Of a stretch of 32,000 nucleotides of DNA, positions 1 through 8,524 are shown piece after piece (the stretch's first letter is position 1; each line of letters opens with the position of its first letter). The stretch spans positions 1,560,001 through 1,592,000 of the forward strand of contig NC_004460.2 in NCBI RefSeq assembly GCF_000039765.1, in the 5' to 3' direction. The notes under the pieces were generated by a model. That model did no database searches. It worked only from the letters and a program-made list of their open reading frames with translations, and was not told the DNA's origin. This stretch comes from Vibrio vulnificus CMCP6 (GTDB taxonomy: Bacteria; Pseudomonadota; Gammaproteobacteria; Enterobacterales; Vibrionaceae). Both the position numbers and the translations under genes were made by a program.

Positions 1-578
1 ATCTTTTTCAGATGGGTATTGTTTCGCCCAATAGATGCGTAATCTTGGTAATAAAGGCCTGCAATCACCGCGATCACGGCCAAAGAAGCGAGCATACTCG
101 CTGCTTTCTTCGCCACCATGTGCAGCGTAGAGCCTGATAGGCTCAAATTCAGTTTGCACACCAACAGCGCAGGTACTACGCCCATCAACAAGGTCCAGAT
201 GACAGAATATGCGCTGAGGTATGATCCTGCTTCGCTGCTGTCTGTTTCCATGATGTTGGCAATCATGCCGTAATCAAACAAAGTGCCATAGTTGTAGCCG
301 GCATAGCTTACCATCGCAGAAAGCAGAAGCAGCACTGCAAAGAAAGGCTTACTTAGCCAAGGCCAACTGAATAAGTTGAACAAGAAGTTCAATGCCGCAA
401 GGAAGAAGATAGGGACTGAAATTACAAAACCCACCTTGACAGAGTCAAGGTGGCTAATGATGCTGAACAGTTCTTTGTAAATCGGCAAATTAACGATGGT
501 GGCGAAATAGATCGCCAGCACCAAAGTGAATGTGGTGTATGAGCATTCACGATTAATCAGGGATTTGATTCGATTCAT
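1..578 (-). CDS. eptA: Phosphoethanolamine-lipid A transferase (EptA/PmrC family), N-terminal membrane domain only; the rest of the gene lies beyond the window edge
   Basis: Absent from the ORF track because it is open at the edge. A minus-strand ATG at 578 opens MNRIKSLINRECSYTTFTLVLAIYFATIVNLPIYKELF... and stays open to position 1 (192 codons). It ends ...GLYYQDYASIGRNNTHLKK, colinear with the E. coli EptA N-terminal 5-TM domain (..YKDYASLFRNNKELVK). It starts 5 nt after the dgkA stop. Confidence 0.8.
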   Translation of the reverse strand, partial: MNRIKSLINRECSYTTFTLVLAIYFATIVNLPIYKELFSIISHLDSVKVGFVISVPIFFLAALNFLFNLFSWPWLSKPFFAVLLLLSAMVSYAGYNYGTLFDYGMIANIMETDSSEAGSYLSAYSVIWTLLMGVVPALLVCKLNLSLSGSTLHMVAKKAASMLASLAVIAVIAGLYYQDYASIGRNNTHLKK

Positions 579-583
579 TGTGG

Positions 584-940
584 TCACAGCAATACACTCG
601 CCCAAACAAACAGCGCCAGTGCTAAGGCGACGAAGACGGCAGCAGAGCCGATGTCTTTCGCTCGGCCGCTGAGTTCATGCCAATCGTCACTAATGCGGTC
701 TACGACGGCTTCTACCGCAGAGTTGATCAGCTCAACAATAACCACCAACAATAAGCTAGAAACCATGAGAATTCGTTCAATGGTCGTCACTGGGAGGAAG
801 AACGCGGTGATGGTTAGCGCGGCGGTCAGAAGAATTTCCTGACGAAAAGCAGCCTCGTTAATCCATGCGGCTTTCAAGCCTTTCATTGAATAGCCCGTTG
901 CGTCGACAATACGACGAATACCTGTTTTTCCTGGTTTCAA
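584..940 (-). CDS. dgkA: Diacylglycerol kinase (prokaryotic DgkA family)
   Basis: 118 aa with three TM segments. Typical DgkA N-terminus (GIRRIVDATGYSMKGLKAAWINEAAFRQE) and the conserved VVIVELINSAVEAVVDR segment. Confidence 0.9.
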   Translation of the reverse strand: MKPGKTGIRRIVDATGYSMKGLKAAWINEAAFRQEILLTAALTITAFFLPVTTIERILMVSSLLLVVIVELINSAVEAVVDRISDDWHELSGRAKDIGSAAVFVALALALFVWASVLL

Positions 941-1244
941 AATATAACCCTACTACTTGTTATTAATGGGAAGCTCAAAGCTGGTTGTGGCAAATGAGTA
1001 GTTAGCGGTCGCTAAGCTACTTCAACGCTCGTCAAGCAAATGTGAAAAGAAGTGAAAATAGAGGCGTTGGGAAAGATTAAGCTCGTCAACTGCGTGTTTC
1101 GGCACCAGTAACGTAAGAATCACAACGTAAAGTTGCCCTTGTTATCACTTCTATCAATGACTGGGTTGAAATGTACAGCGTTTTATTATGGAAATCAGTC
1201 ACGCACGTGTAATGAATTGTCGCGCTTTGTAAGATTGGTAAGGT

Positions 1245-1267
1245 GAATGATGCCGAGGGCATCATTC
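1245..1267 (-). terminator. 10-bp perfect hairpin immediately after the histidine kinase stop; weak U-tract
   Basis: GAATGATGCC-gag-GGCATCATTC at 1245-1267. On the minus strand it is followed by a sequence that is only moderately T-rich. Confidence 0.4.
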
Positions 1268-1271
1268 TGTG

Positions 1272-2552
1272 TTAGAGGGAAAAACGAATGATGAAGCAGG
1301 CACCGCCCAGCGGGCTATGGGCAACGTGTGCACTGCCGTTGTGAATCTGGCAAATCTGTTTGACGATCGCCAATCCCAAGCCATAACCGCTGGTGGATTT
1401 GTTACGCGATTTGTCGGCGCTGTAAAAGGCATCGAACAGGTAAGGCCAATCTTGTTCGGCGACGCCTTTGCCATCATCGTGTACTTGAAATTCCAACTGC
1501 TCGGCAGTGTGTGTCACTTGAATGCGAACTTGTGTTTGGGTGTAGCGCATCGCATTACGCACCAAATTGTCGAGCGCTCTTTTCACAAGGTGAGGATCAA
1601 CATTGACTTGATCACAACAGCTGTCGATCTGTAAATGGATGGGATGATAGGTTTCGCTCTGCCATTTTCTCACGAGGGTTTCACACCAAGGCTGGAGAGA
1701 AATCGCCTGTGTGTGCAACTGAGCTTCGGGCCTTTCCATTTTTGCGTAGTAGAGCATCTCTTCTACCATGGCTTCCATTTCATCAATGTCTTCCACCATG
1801 CTGGAAACCGATTTTTGTTGCTTCTCGTTGAGTGGCGAGTCGGCAAGTAAATCGGCTTGCCATTGCAGACGAAAAATGGGTGTGCGTAGCTCATGAGCCA
1901 CAGCGTTAGTCAAAACCTTGTTGCTGGTGATCAGATTGGCGATCTTATCCGCCATGACGTTGAAGCTTTTGTTCAAGGAGCCGACGGAATACCGGGCGGT
2001 GGTACGGGCTCGCGCGGACAAATCACCCGATGCAAAAGCCAATGTTACGCGTTCTAACTCACGAACTCGGCGACTTAGAAACCAAATCAAAATGACGCAA
2101 TAGATAGCAAAGCCGATAATGAAGAACACCCAAACTAAATTACCGCTAAAATCGATGGCTTGCCTTAACGGTGATTGCAGATCTTCTTCTAAGTGATAGA
2201 TGGTCGAGTTGGCGGAAAAGCGCATCCAAACATCAAAATCATCATCCAGATAAACCAGCATTGCAGGATCAACAAAAACAGCAGCAATCTCTTTTGGCAG
2301 CTGCTTTTGCTCGTAGATGGTTAAAATAGAACGCGTGGCTTCGGCGTAATTTTCCATCGCTTCGGTGAAATAGGCTTGGCCTTTTTCCTGATACAGCGGT
2401 GTTAGTAGATCATGAAACGCATTGATCTCGAATTCTGTCAGTACACGATCGTAGTCGGTATTTAACTGATAGACGATAACCTCGTAGCCCCACAATGTGG
2501 CAAAAAACAAAAGAATCAGGCCAAAAAAGGCTTCCAGATAAATGCGCTTCAT
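1272..2552 (-). CDS. Two-component sensor histidine kinase (2 TM, periplasmic loop, HAMP, HisKA, HATPase_c); CarS/VprB/PmrB-like by context
   Basis: 426 aa. H-box AHELRTPIFRLQW. N/G boxes (DNLVRNAMRY, DDGKGV, GYGLGLAIV). Two hydrophobic segments flank a loop of about 125 aa. Confidence 0.9.
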   Translation of the reverse strand: MKRIYLEAFFGLILLFFATLWGYEVIVYQLNTDYDRVLTEFEINAFHDLLTPLYQEKGQAYFTEAMENYAEATRSILTIYEQKQLPKEIAAVFVDPAMLVYLDDDFDVWMRFSANSTIYHLEEDLQSPLRQAIDFSGNLVWVFFIIGFAIYCVILIWFLSRRVRELERVTLAFASGDLSARARTTARYSVGSLNKSFNVMADKIANLITSNKVLTNAVAHELRTPIFRLQWQADLLADSPLNEKQQKSVSSMVEDIDEMEAMVEEMLYYAKMERPEAQLHTQAISLQPWCETLVRKWQSETYHPIHLQIDSCCDQVNVDPHLVKRALDNLVRNAMRYTQTQVRIQVTHTAEQLEFQVHDDGKGVAEQDWPYLFDAFYSADKSRNKSTSGYGLGLAIVKQICQIHNGSAHVAHSPLGGACFIIRFSL

Positions 2553-2561
2553 TTTCGGTGT

Positions 2562-3266
2562 TTATTCATTCCATGTGTCTGGCATAAACATATAGCCCTT
2601 GCCTCGAACCGTGAGAATTTTCTTTGGTGGTGTGGTGGTATCGTTGAGTTTTTTCCTCAATGTGACCACACGATTGTCAATGGTGCGATCCACGCCATCG
2701 TATTCGATGCCTCGCAAAGCCTTGGTCAAAGATTCGCGCGACAGCACTTGTTCTGCTGACGTGGCCAGCAGCCAGAGCAAATCAAACTCGCCATCGGTTA
2801 AATTGATGGTTTGATCGACCAGTTGGCACTCTCGACGAATACGATTGAGTTTCAGCGCACCGTATCGGCAGTTGTTGGCGTCTTGGTTAACGGCCACATC
2901 TGGTCGTCTCAGTAGCATCCTCACCCGAGCCAGCAAAACGCGTGGTTTAATGGGTTTATTGACAAAGTCATCCGCGCCAATTTCCAACGCAGCCACGTGA
3001 TCGAAATCGTCATCGCTGGCGGTTAACATCAGGATTTTTCCATTATAGGCGTCGCGAATTTGCCGACACACGCTCAACCCATCTTGACCAGGTAACATCA
3101 GGTCAAGCAGGACGAGTGCTGGCTTTTCGTTGAGGATCATTTCAGGCGCATCCGTGCCATTATCAACGGTGATCACTGAAAATCCTTGTGACATAAAATA
3201 GTCACTTAACATCTGTTGGAGCTTGATGTCATCTTCAACAATGATCAACTTCTGGTCTTCTACCAT
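2562..3266 (-). CDS. OmpR/PhoB-family response regulator (receiver plus winged-helix); CarR/VprA/PmrA-like by context
   Basis: 234 aa. Receiver motifs IIVEDD, LVLLDLMLPGQDG and NKP. C-terminal trans_reg_C (LTDGEFDLLWLL...TVRGKGY). 9 nt upstream of the kinase start. Confidence 0.9.
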   Translation of the reverse strand: MVEDQKLIIVEDDIKLQQMLSDYFMSQGFSVITVDNGTDAPEMILNEKPALVLLDLMLPGQDGLSVCRQIRDAYNGKILMLTASDDDFDHVAALEIGADDFVNKPIKPRVLLARVRMLLRRPDVAVNQDANNCRYGALKLNRIRRECQLVDQTINLTDGEFDLLWLLATSAEQVLSRESLTKALRGIEYDGVDRTIDNRVVTLRKKLNDTTTPPKKILTVRGKGYMFMPDTWNE

Positions 3267-3479
3267 GGTGTCATTCTATGCTTTGTTTTGTTGTTATATT
3301 GACTACGTCATCAGAAGTACTGATATGAAACGAGAAGTTATACGACTCACTTCACCTTTTCAAATATAAATGACCACCAAGGAGATTGACAGCAGGAGGT
3401 TATCAGAATGGGCACAAAATCAATGTCGTCGTTTTGTATGACTTTGTCATGATCTTGAAGGGGCAACAGACAATGAGGC

Positions 3480-3513
3480 GCACACCTGAGCGCTTAATAC
3501 GGCTCAGGTGTGC
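3480..3513 (-). terminator. 12-bp perfect inverted repeat downstream of the NmrA-like gene; no clear U-tract
   Basis: GCACACCTGAGC-N10-GCTCAGGTGTGC, 30 nt past the stop of the 3544..4179 gene on the minus strand. Confidence 0.3.
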
Positions 3514-3543
3514 TGGTCAATTGAAGGGGAACTGGCGGTGAGT

Positions 3544-4179
3544 TTAGTAAGCTACGCCAATGCGCTGATTGAGGTACTGGTTCGTTTTTAATACATCGAG
3601 CAAGGCCGCTGCGTAATCTGCCACGGAAATTTGGCTCTTACCTTCGTCGTCGCTGAGCAGTTGATCGCCTCCGACACGGTAGTGATGGCGTTTTTCTCCC
3701 GGAAAAATTTCTGCCGCTGGACTGACAAAGGTCCAATCAACGTCGCTAGAGAGGGAACGAAATTGATCCAGTGCGTCTGATTGTGCCAGCGCTTCTGCTT
3801 TATATTCTTCAGGAAACTCTGGCACGGTGACAAGTTTGACATCGGGTGCCACTTCTAGCGAACCCGCTCCGCCAACCCAAAGCAAGCGCTTAACACCGAC
3901 GTTGGCCAACTGCGTCAGTAACAATTGAGCGGTTTCAGCCACGATGCTGTGATCGTTGTTTGCTCTGCCACCAACGGCGGCAATAACGTAATCGGCATCT
4001 TGGAATGTTTGCGCCAGGTTGTGTGGTTGGCGAACGTCAAATGGACGTTTCTCTACATCATCGCGTTCAATGGCATTGGGATTGCGAGCGACAGCAATCA
4101 CATCATGACCACGTTCGCGTGCTTCGTTGACAAGAGTACTGCCGATCCAACCTGTTGCGCCTAATATTGCTATTTTCAT
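3544..4179 (-). CDS. NAD(P)H-binding atypical SDR / NmrA-like oxidoreductase
   Basis: 211 aa. N-terminal Rossmann motif MKIAILGATGWIGS. Size and layout match the YwnB/BVR-B-like NAD(P)-binding family. Confidence 0.8.
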   Translation of the reverse strand: MKIAILGATGWIGSTLVNEARERGHDVIAVARNPNAIERDDVEKRPFDVRQPHNLAQTFQDADYVIAAVGGRANNDHSIVAETAQLLLTQLANVGVKRLLWVGGAGSLEVAPDVKLVTVPEFPEEYKAEALAQSDALDQFRSLSSDVDWTFVSPAAEIFPGEKRHHYRVGGDQLLSDDEGKSQISVADYAAALLDVLKTNQYLNQRIGVAY

Positions 4180-4440
4180 TTCTCTTCTCCGGTTCTATAC
4201 CCTTCCTACTTGAAGCTGCAGCGGTGTTGGCTGCGCTCGTTCACTGGCACGCCAGCCCGACCCAATCACATAGTCTGTCTATGTTCATGGGGATGAGCTC
4301 ACTTGCCGCCTACCTGCAACTCCAAGTAGTTTGGGTATGTGAGGTTTCGTTATGGAGAGAGTCTACTCATGAGATATATCGGGATAAATAAACTTAAATG
4401 ATATAGATTGTTTCAATAAACCGATCTAATAGAGATAGAA

Positions 4441-5343
4441 ATGGACAGACTCGACGCCATCAAGAGCTTTATTGAAGTGGCCAATTGCCGCAGTTTTACC
4501 CAAGCAGCGGAAACCTTATCGCTAAGTCGGCTTCAGGTAACTCGGCATGTCCAAGAAGTGGAAAGCTGGCTTCAACAGCGCTTACTGCATCGCACGACTC
4601 GAAAAGTCAGCCTGACGCACGCAGGCGAACAAGCCTATATTCGATGCCAGCGCATTTTAGATGAAGCGGCAGCTTTGGAGTTGGACGCGGTTCAAAGCCG
4701 AGATTCGCTAACAGGGTCGATTCGCATTTCTGCTCCGATTGGTTTTTCACAGCACTATCTTATTGATGCGGTCAGTGCATTTACCGAGTTGCATCCGCTT
4801 GTAATGGTGGACATCTTGGCCTCTGATCGCTTTTCGCAATTGGTTGATGAGCGCGTAGATGTCGCCTTGCGATATACCGATCAACCCGATGAGACGTTAA
4901 TTGCGAGAAAACTGATGGATATCGATGCGGTCGTGTGTGCGACACAAGGGTATTTGGATGAACATGAGCCCATTGTCGTGCCGGAAGATTTAGCCAACCA
5001 CAATTGCTTAGTCCATTTGAGTACCCACTTATGGCGATTCGTTGCCGATAATCAAATCTCAGAAGTATCCGTAAAAGGCAATATTCGGGCGAATGATCTC
5101 AGTACCTTATTAGGTGCGGCGCTGGCAGGGAAAGGGGTGATCCGTTTGCCATGTGATTTGGCCAATCCGCTTTTGCAACAGGGTAAGCTTGTCGCACTAT
5201 TGACCCCCTATACTTTGCCTTCGTCTTCCTTGTGGGCTGTTTATCTTTCTCGCAGTTATCAAACCCCGGTGGTGCGTCAGTTTATTGATTTTATCGCGCA
5301 GCGATGGGATCAGAATGTGCAATTGTGGCAAAGGCCTGCGTAG
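4441..5343 (+). CDS. LysR-family transcriptional regulator
   Basis: 300 aa. N-terminal HTH (FIEVANCRSFTQAAETLSLSRLQVTRHVQEVE) followed by a LysR substrate-binding domain. Divergent from the NmrA-like gene. Confidence 0.9.
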   Translation: MDRLDAIKSFIEVANCRSFTQAAETLSLSRLQVTRHVQEVESWLQQRLLHRTTRKVSLTHAGEQAYIRCQRILDEAAALELDAVQSRDSLTGSIRISAPIGFSQHYLIDAVSAFTELHPLVMVDILASDRFSQLVDERVDVALRYTDQPDETLIARKLMDIDAVVCATQGYLDEHEPIVVPEDLANHNCLVHLSTHLWRFVADNQISEVSVKGNIRANDLSTLLGAALAGKGVIRLPCDLANPLLQQGKLVALLTPYTLPSSSLWAVYLSRSYQTPVVRQFIDFIAQRWDQNVQLWQRPA

Positions 5344-5377
5344 TTGCAGGCCTTTGTGATCCGATAAGCATGAGCGG

Positions 5378-6097
5378 TTATGGCTGCTGCTTGGTCGGTG
5401 CTAGAGCGATTTCACGAATACAGACGTTTTGAGGTTGCTGGTAGGCAAACAACACAGCTCTCGCGACATCGTCTGCTGCCAACACGCCACCCATATCCAC
5501 TTTCCATGCATCGTAACCGTCTTTGATTTGTTGCGATGTGGTGTGTGAAAGCAATTCGGTTTCGACCGCACCCGGTGCGATGGTCGTGACACGTACGTTA
5601 GAGGCAGCCACTTCTTCACGCACATTTTCAGAAATGGCATGCACAGCGAATTTGGTGCCACAGTATGCAGCGTGATCTGGGAAGGTTTTCTTACCTGCGA
5701 TCGAGCTGATGTTAATAATAGTGCCGCTGTTGCGTGCTTTCATTGGCGCTAGCACCGCTTGCATACCGTTTAGCAAACCAAGGACATTAACATCAAACAT
5801 ACGTTGCCATTCATTCGCTTCTTGAGTGTCAATCTGGCCAAGTAACATCACACCCGCGTTGTTGACTAATACGTCCGCCGGGCCATAGATTTTTTCTGCA
5901 CGAGTAATCGCAGCATCAAAGGTGTTTTTATCGGTCACGTCCACTTGAGCACAAAGTGTGTTTGGCAAATTAAGCGCTTCTAGGCGCTCGACGCGACGTG
6001 CCAAGAGCAGCAGTGGATGACCTTCTTCACTGAAACGACGCGCGATGGCTTCACCAATACCAGAGCTTGCACCTGTAATAACGACTAATTTTTTCAT
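5378..6097 (-). CDS. Classical short-chain dehydrogenase/reductase (YdfG-like NADP-dependent)
   Basis: 239 aa. TGASSGIG cofactor motif, NNAG, catalytic S...YCGTK. Confidence 0.9.
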   Translation of the reverse strand: MKKLVVITGASSGIGEAIARRFSEEGHPLLLLARRVERLEALNLPNTLCAQVDVTDKNTFDAAITRAEKIYGPADVLVNNAGVMLLGQIDTQEANEWQRMFDVNVLGLLNGMQAVLAPMKARNSGTIINISSIAGKKTFPDHAAYCGTKFAVHAISENVREEVAASNVRVTTIAPGAVETELLSHTTSQQIKDGYDAWKVDMGGVLAADDVARAVLFAYQQPQNVCIREIALAPTKQQP

Positions 6098-6190
6098 TTT
6101 GTGATCCTCTTTAAAAGCCGTTTTGGCTTGTTGATGCGTAGTTTATGAAAAGATTTTTTGTTGATATATATCGACCTAGTTGAAACTCTG

Positions 6191-6207
6191 TTGTTATATG
6201 GCAACAA
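6191..6207. promoter_or_regulatory. LysR-type dyad (TTGTT-N7-AACAA) in the divergent promoter region
   Basis: ttgttatatggcaacaa lies 28 bp upstream of the LysR start at 6235, between divergent genes. It fits the T-N11-A architecture. Confidence 0.4.
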
Positions 6208-6234
6208 TAAAGCATCAAAAGAAAAGAGAAACCG

Positions 6235-7152
6235 ATGATGCAAACACAGATCAACCTCGCCGATATCCGCTCCTTTGTGCTGATCGCACAACTTGGTAAT
6301 TTCACCAAAGCTGCAGAAGCACTGGGAGTGTCGCGCTCGCATGTGTCTCGCCAAATTAGCCAACTGGAGAAACAAATGGGGGTTACGTTGTTGATCAGAA
6401 CCACGCGCACGCTCAAATTAACGGATGCGGGAAAAGCACTGTTTGCTCAGTGTGAGACGGCGCTGCATAGCATTGATCAAGCGGTATTGGCCGCGGTGGA
6501 TGATATTGAAGCCGTTCGGGGTGAGATCCGGATTAACTGTGTGGGCGGTTACTTAGGGGAAGAGGTGATTGCGGAGGTCGTGGGTCAGTTTATGCAGCAA
6601 TATCCGCAAGTACGAGTGGATTTGGATTTTAGCAGCCATCGTGTTGACCTGATTGAGGATGAATTTGATATCGCGTTTCGCATGGGCAAACTGGAAGATT
6701 CTGGTTTTGTCGCTCGCAAGCTGATTGATGTGGAAATGGGCACTTATGCCAGCCCCAGCTACTTAGCGACGCACGGACGACCTGAACATCCGAAAGAACT
6801 GGATAAACACGCTTGTTTAACGGGCTCGGTGACGCGTTGGACCTTCCAACATCGGCAAACCAAGCAAACATCAGATTGCCAGGTCCGTGGGAGACTGCGC
6901 TGCAAAAATGGCCGAGTGATGCTGAAAGGGGCTTTGGCCGGAAACGGCATCATTCGTGTACCCACGCTTTACTGTATGCCAGAACTAGCACAAGGCTTAC
7001 TGCAAGAAGTATTTGAGGATTGGCATATTCCAAGTGTGGCGTTCTCTGCGCTGTATCATCGTGATCGTTATCAACCTAAGCGCATTCGAACGTTTATCGA
7101 GTTCACCAGCGATTATTTTCGTCAGTTACAAAAGAGCATTAAGTCAGCTTGA
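6235..7152 (+). CDS. LysR-family transcriptional regulator
   Basis: 305 aa. HTH (FVLIAQLGNFTKAAEALGVSRSHVSRQISQLE) plus a LysR substrate-binding domain. Divergent from the SDR gene. Confidence 0.9.
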   Translation: MMQTQINLADIRSFVLIAQLGNFTKAAEALGVSRSHVSRQISQLEKQMGVTLLIRTTRTLKLTDAGKALFAQCETALHSIDQAVLAAVDDIEAVRGEIRINCVGGYLGEEVIAEVVGQFMQQYPQVRVDLDFSSHRVDLIEDEFDIAFRMGKLEDSGFVARKLIDVEMGTYASPSYLATHGRPEHPKELDKHACLTGSVTRWTFQHRQTKQTSDCQVRGRLRCKNGRVMLKGALAGNGIIRVPTLYCMPELAQGLLQEVFEDWHIPSVAFSALYHRDRYQPKRIRTFIEFTSDYFRQLQKSIKSA

Positions 7153-7489
7153 TGCCAAAGTGTTTAACAATGAAAGCCACGCAGGCAAAGGAACTGATGG
7201 AAATCAGTGCGCAAAAAAATAAGGAAATCCAGAAGCTAAATCGTTCCATGAGATACGGAAAAATCAGAAACATGGGAAGCGTAGGGAGCACATACCAAAA
7301 TGTGTAGTAGGCGTGATTCGTCAGCTTTTCATTACCTTGTCCTTCAAGGTACATCCAAATCAGCGCGAGAATGGTCACGGTGGGGAGAGCGGCGATAAGC
7401 GCACCCGCTTTGTCACTGCGTTTGGCGACCTCAGAAATAAACACCACGATCGCGGCCGTGATTAAATATTTGGTGACAATCCAGTACAT
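7139..7489 (-). CDS. Small integral membrane protein, DUF3147-like
   Basis: I trimmed the ORF to the ATG at 7489 (MYWIVTKYLITAAIVVFISEVAKRS...), which is preceded by AAGGAAA. Four hydrophobic segments. The ISEVAKRS / ALP...WMY pattern matches what I remember of DUF3147. Confidence 0.6.
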   Translation of the reverse strand: MYWIVTKYLITAAIVVFISEVAKRSDKAGALIAALPTVTILALIWMYLEGQGNEKLTNHAYYTFWYVLPTLPMFLIFPYLMERFSFWISLFFCALISISSFACVAFIVKHFGIKLT

Positions 7490-7564
7490 TGCATTTCCTT
7501 TGTTGTTTATTCGGCTCTCCTTGCCGTGTTTTGCATAGTAGAGTGACTGAGCCAAAACTCAATG

Positions 7565-7588
7565 AAAAAAGGCGCATTTTGCGCCTTT
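7565..7588 (-). terminator. Rho-independent terminator of the CBM48-like gene
   Basis: The minus strand reads AAAGGCGC-aaaat-GCGCCTTTTTT, 30 nt after the stop at 7619. Confidence 0.65.
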
Positions 7589-7618
7589 CAACTCGATAGA
7601 GTGGCCATTGATTGGCCA

Positions 7619-7915
7619 TTATTCGCTGGTCAAGACAAAACTATTGTTGCTACCAAAACCGTTGGCAACATAGCCATCAGCCTGCGGATCATTACCCCAT
7701 TGGTTTTGATTGAAGAGATAGCGGAACTCCACTTTTTGTTCTTTCGGCAGGCGCGTCTTGAATTTAAATAAGCCACTTTTTTTCACCAAAGTCATTGGCT
7801 CTGGCTTCCAGTTGTTAAACTCCCCAACAACGTGCGCGCTTTCCCAGTTTTCTTGTTGAACCTCAAACGTCACTTCGACTTCGTCTTTGGTTTTGAAAAA
7901 GCGTTTTTTTAACAT
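7619..7915 (-). CDS. Stand-alone glycogen/starch-binding module protein (CBM48 / AMPK-beta GBD-like)
   Basis: 98 aa. VEVTFEV...HVVGEFNNWKP..M.....G.F......P....EFRY..N..W..D is the signature of the early-set/CBM48 fold. Confidence 0.6.
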   Translation of the reverse strand: MLKKRFFKTKDEVEVTFEVQQENWESAHVVGEFNNWKPEPMTLVKKSGLFKFKTRLPKEQKVEFRYLFNQNQWGNDPQADGYVANGFGSNNSFVLTSE

Positions 7916-8107
7916 AACAATATCCTTATATATCTCATAACAACCGAATAAGTATTACTCCTGTTTCATAGTGTTTGCAAGTTACCGAAGCTTGTTCGTA
8001 AAGATTGTGATAGGCAGAAGGGAACTGATAGGCAGAAAGAGAGTCATAACTGAGTTATTTACTGATAAGCTTTTGTTGTCTGGATTTTTGTTGTTACTCT
8101 AACGCTG

Positions 8108-8479
8108 ATGCTGGAACCCAAGGAGAGGCCACTTTTGTATTCGATTTTAAAAATGCCGTTTGTGATTGTGTTGGCTTTGATGCTGACGCTATTGGCATCG
8201 AAAGAAATCGTCAAAAATACGGTGTTGCTTTCTTCTGAAACGGTGGAACACGTGCAGGAGTCCAACTGCCCAGACGTTCATCATGAAATTCAGTTGGAAA
8301 GTCAGCAACCCTCTCATGGTTGCCATTCGGTTTGCATTGGGAAAATGCCCGCATCAAAAGGCAGTCACGGGGCTTTTCAACAAGACTATTCTTTGGCATT
8401 GATGTCGAAAGATCAATCTGCCAAAGCGACTTCGATGCAAGAAGAACGCTTTCGTCCTCCGATTTCTTCCCTTGTTTAA
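8108..8479 (+). CDS. Hypothetical exported/membrane-anchored Cys/His-containing small protein (possibly DUF2946-like); start uncertain (8108, TTG 8135 or ATG 8153)
   Basis: Hydrophobic N-terminal segment MPFVIVLALMLTLLAS. His/Cys cluster (CPDVHHE, HGCHSVC). C-terminal RFRPP. AAGGAGAG precedes the in-frame TTG at 8135. No family confirmation is possible here. Confidence 0.35.
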   Translation: MLEPKERPLLYSILKMPFVIVLALMLTLLASKEIVKNTVLLSSETVEHVQESNCPDVHHEIQLESQQPSHGCHSVCIGKMPASKGSHGAFQQDYSLALMSKDQSAKATSMQEERFRPPISSLV

Positions 8480-8524
8480 TGTTCGGAAATTTATAACCAC
8501 AATTCGATTATTCAAGGTATTAAC

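Noticed and set aside
1110-1130. The direct repeat AACGTAA-N7-AACGTAA in the kinase/dgkA spacer, considered as a possible response-regulator box.
   Set aside because: A 7-mer recurring within about 20 bp in a 330-bp spacer is roughly as likely as not by chance. The 14-bp period also does not fit the usual 10-11 bp spacing of OmpR-family sites.
651-2103. Antisense and overlapping ORFs inside dgkA and the histidine kinase (651..842, 1262..1477, 1269..1634, 1635..1850, 1918..2103).
   Set aside because: The opposite-strand ORFs carry clear family motifs. These have none and no ribosome-binding sites.
4155-4391. A 78-aa ORF in the NmrA-like/LysR divergent spacer. I also considered whether the 260-bp spacer hides a riboswitch.
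   Set aside because: The ORF overlaps the start of the NmrA-like gene, has no SD and has an implausible composition. I could not match the spacer to any riboswitch consensus that I know.
6094-6416. Two minus-strand ORFs (93 and 101 aa) across the SDR/LysR promoter region.
   Set aside because: They are antisense to the well-supported LysR HTH region and extend through the divergent promoter.
8059-8399. Minus-strand ORFs 8059..8265 and 8211..8399.
   Set aside because: They have no motifs or SD. The plus-strand ORF, with its hydrophobic leader, is the better though still weak explanation.
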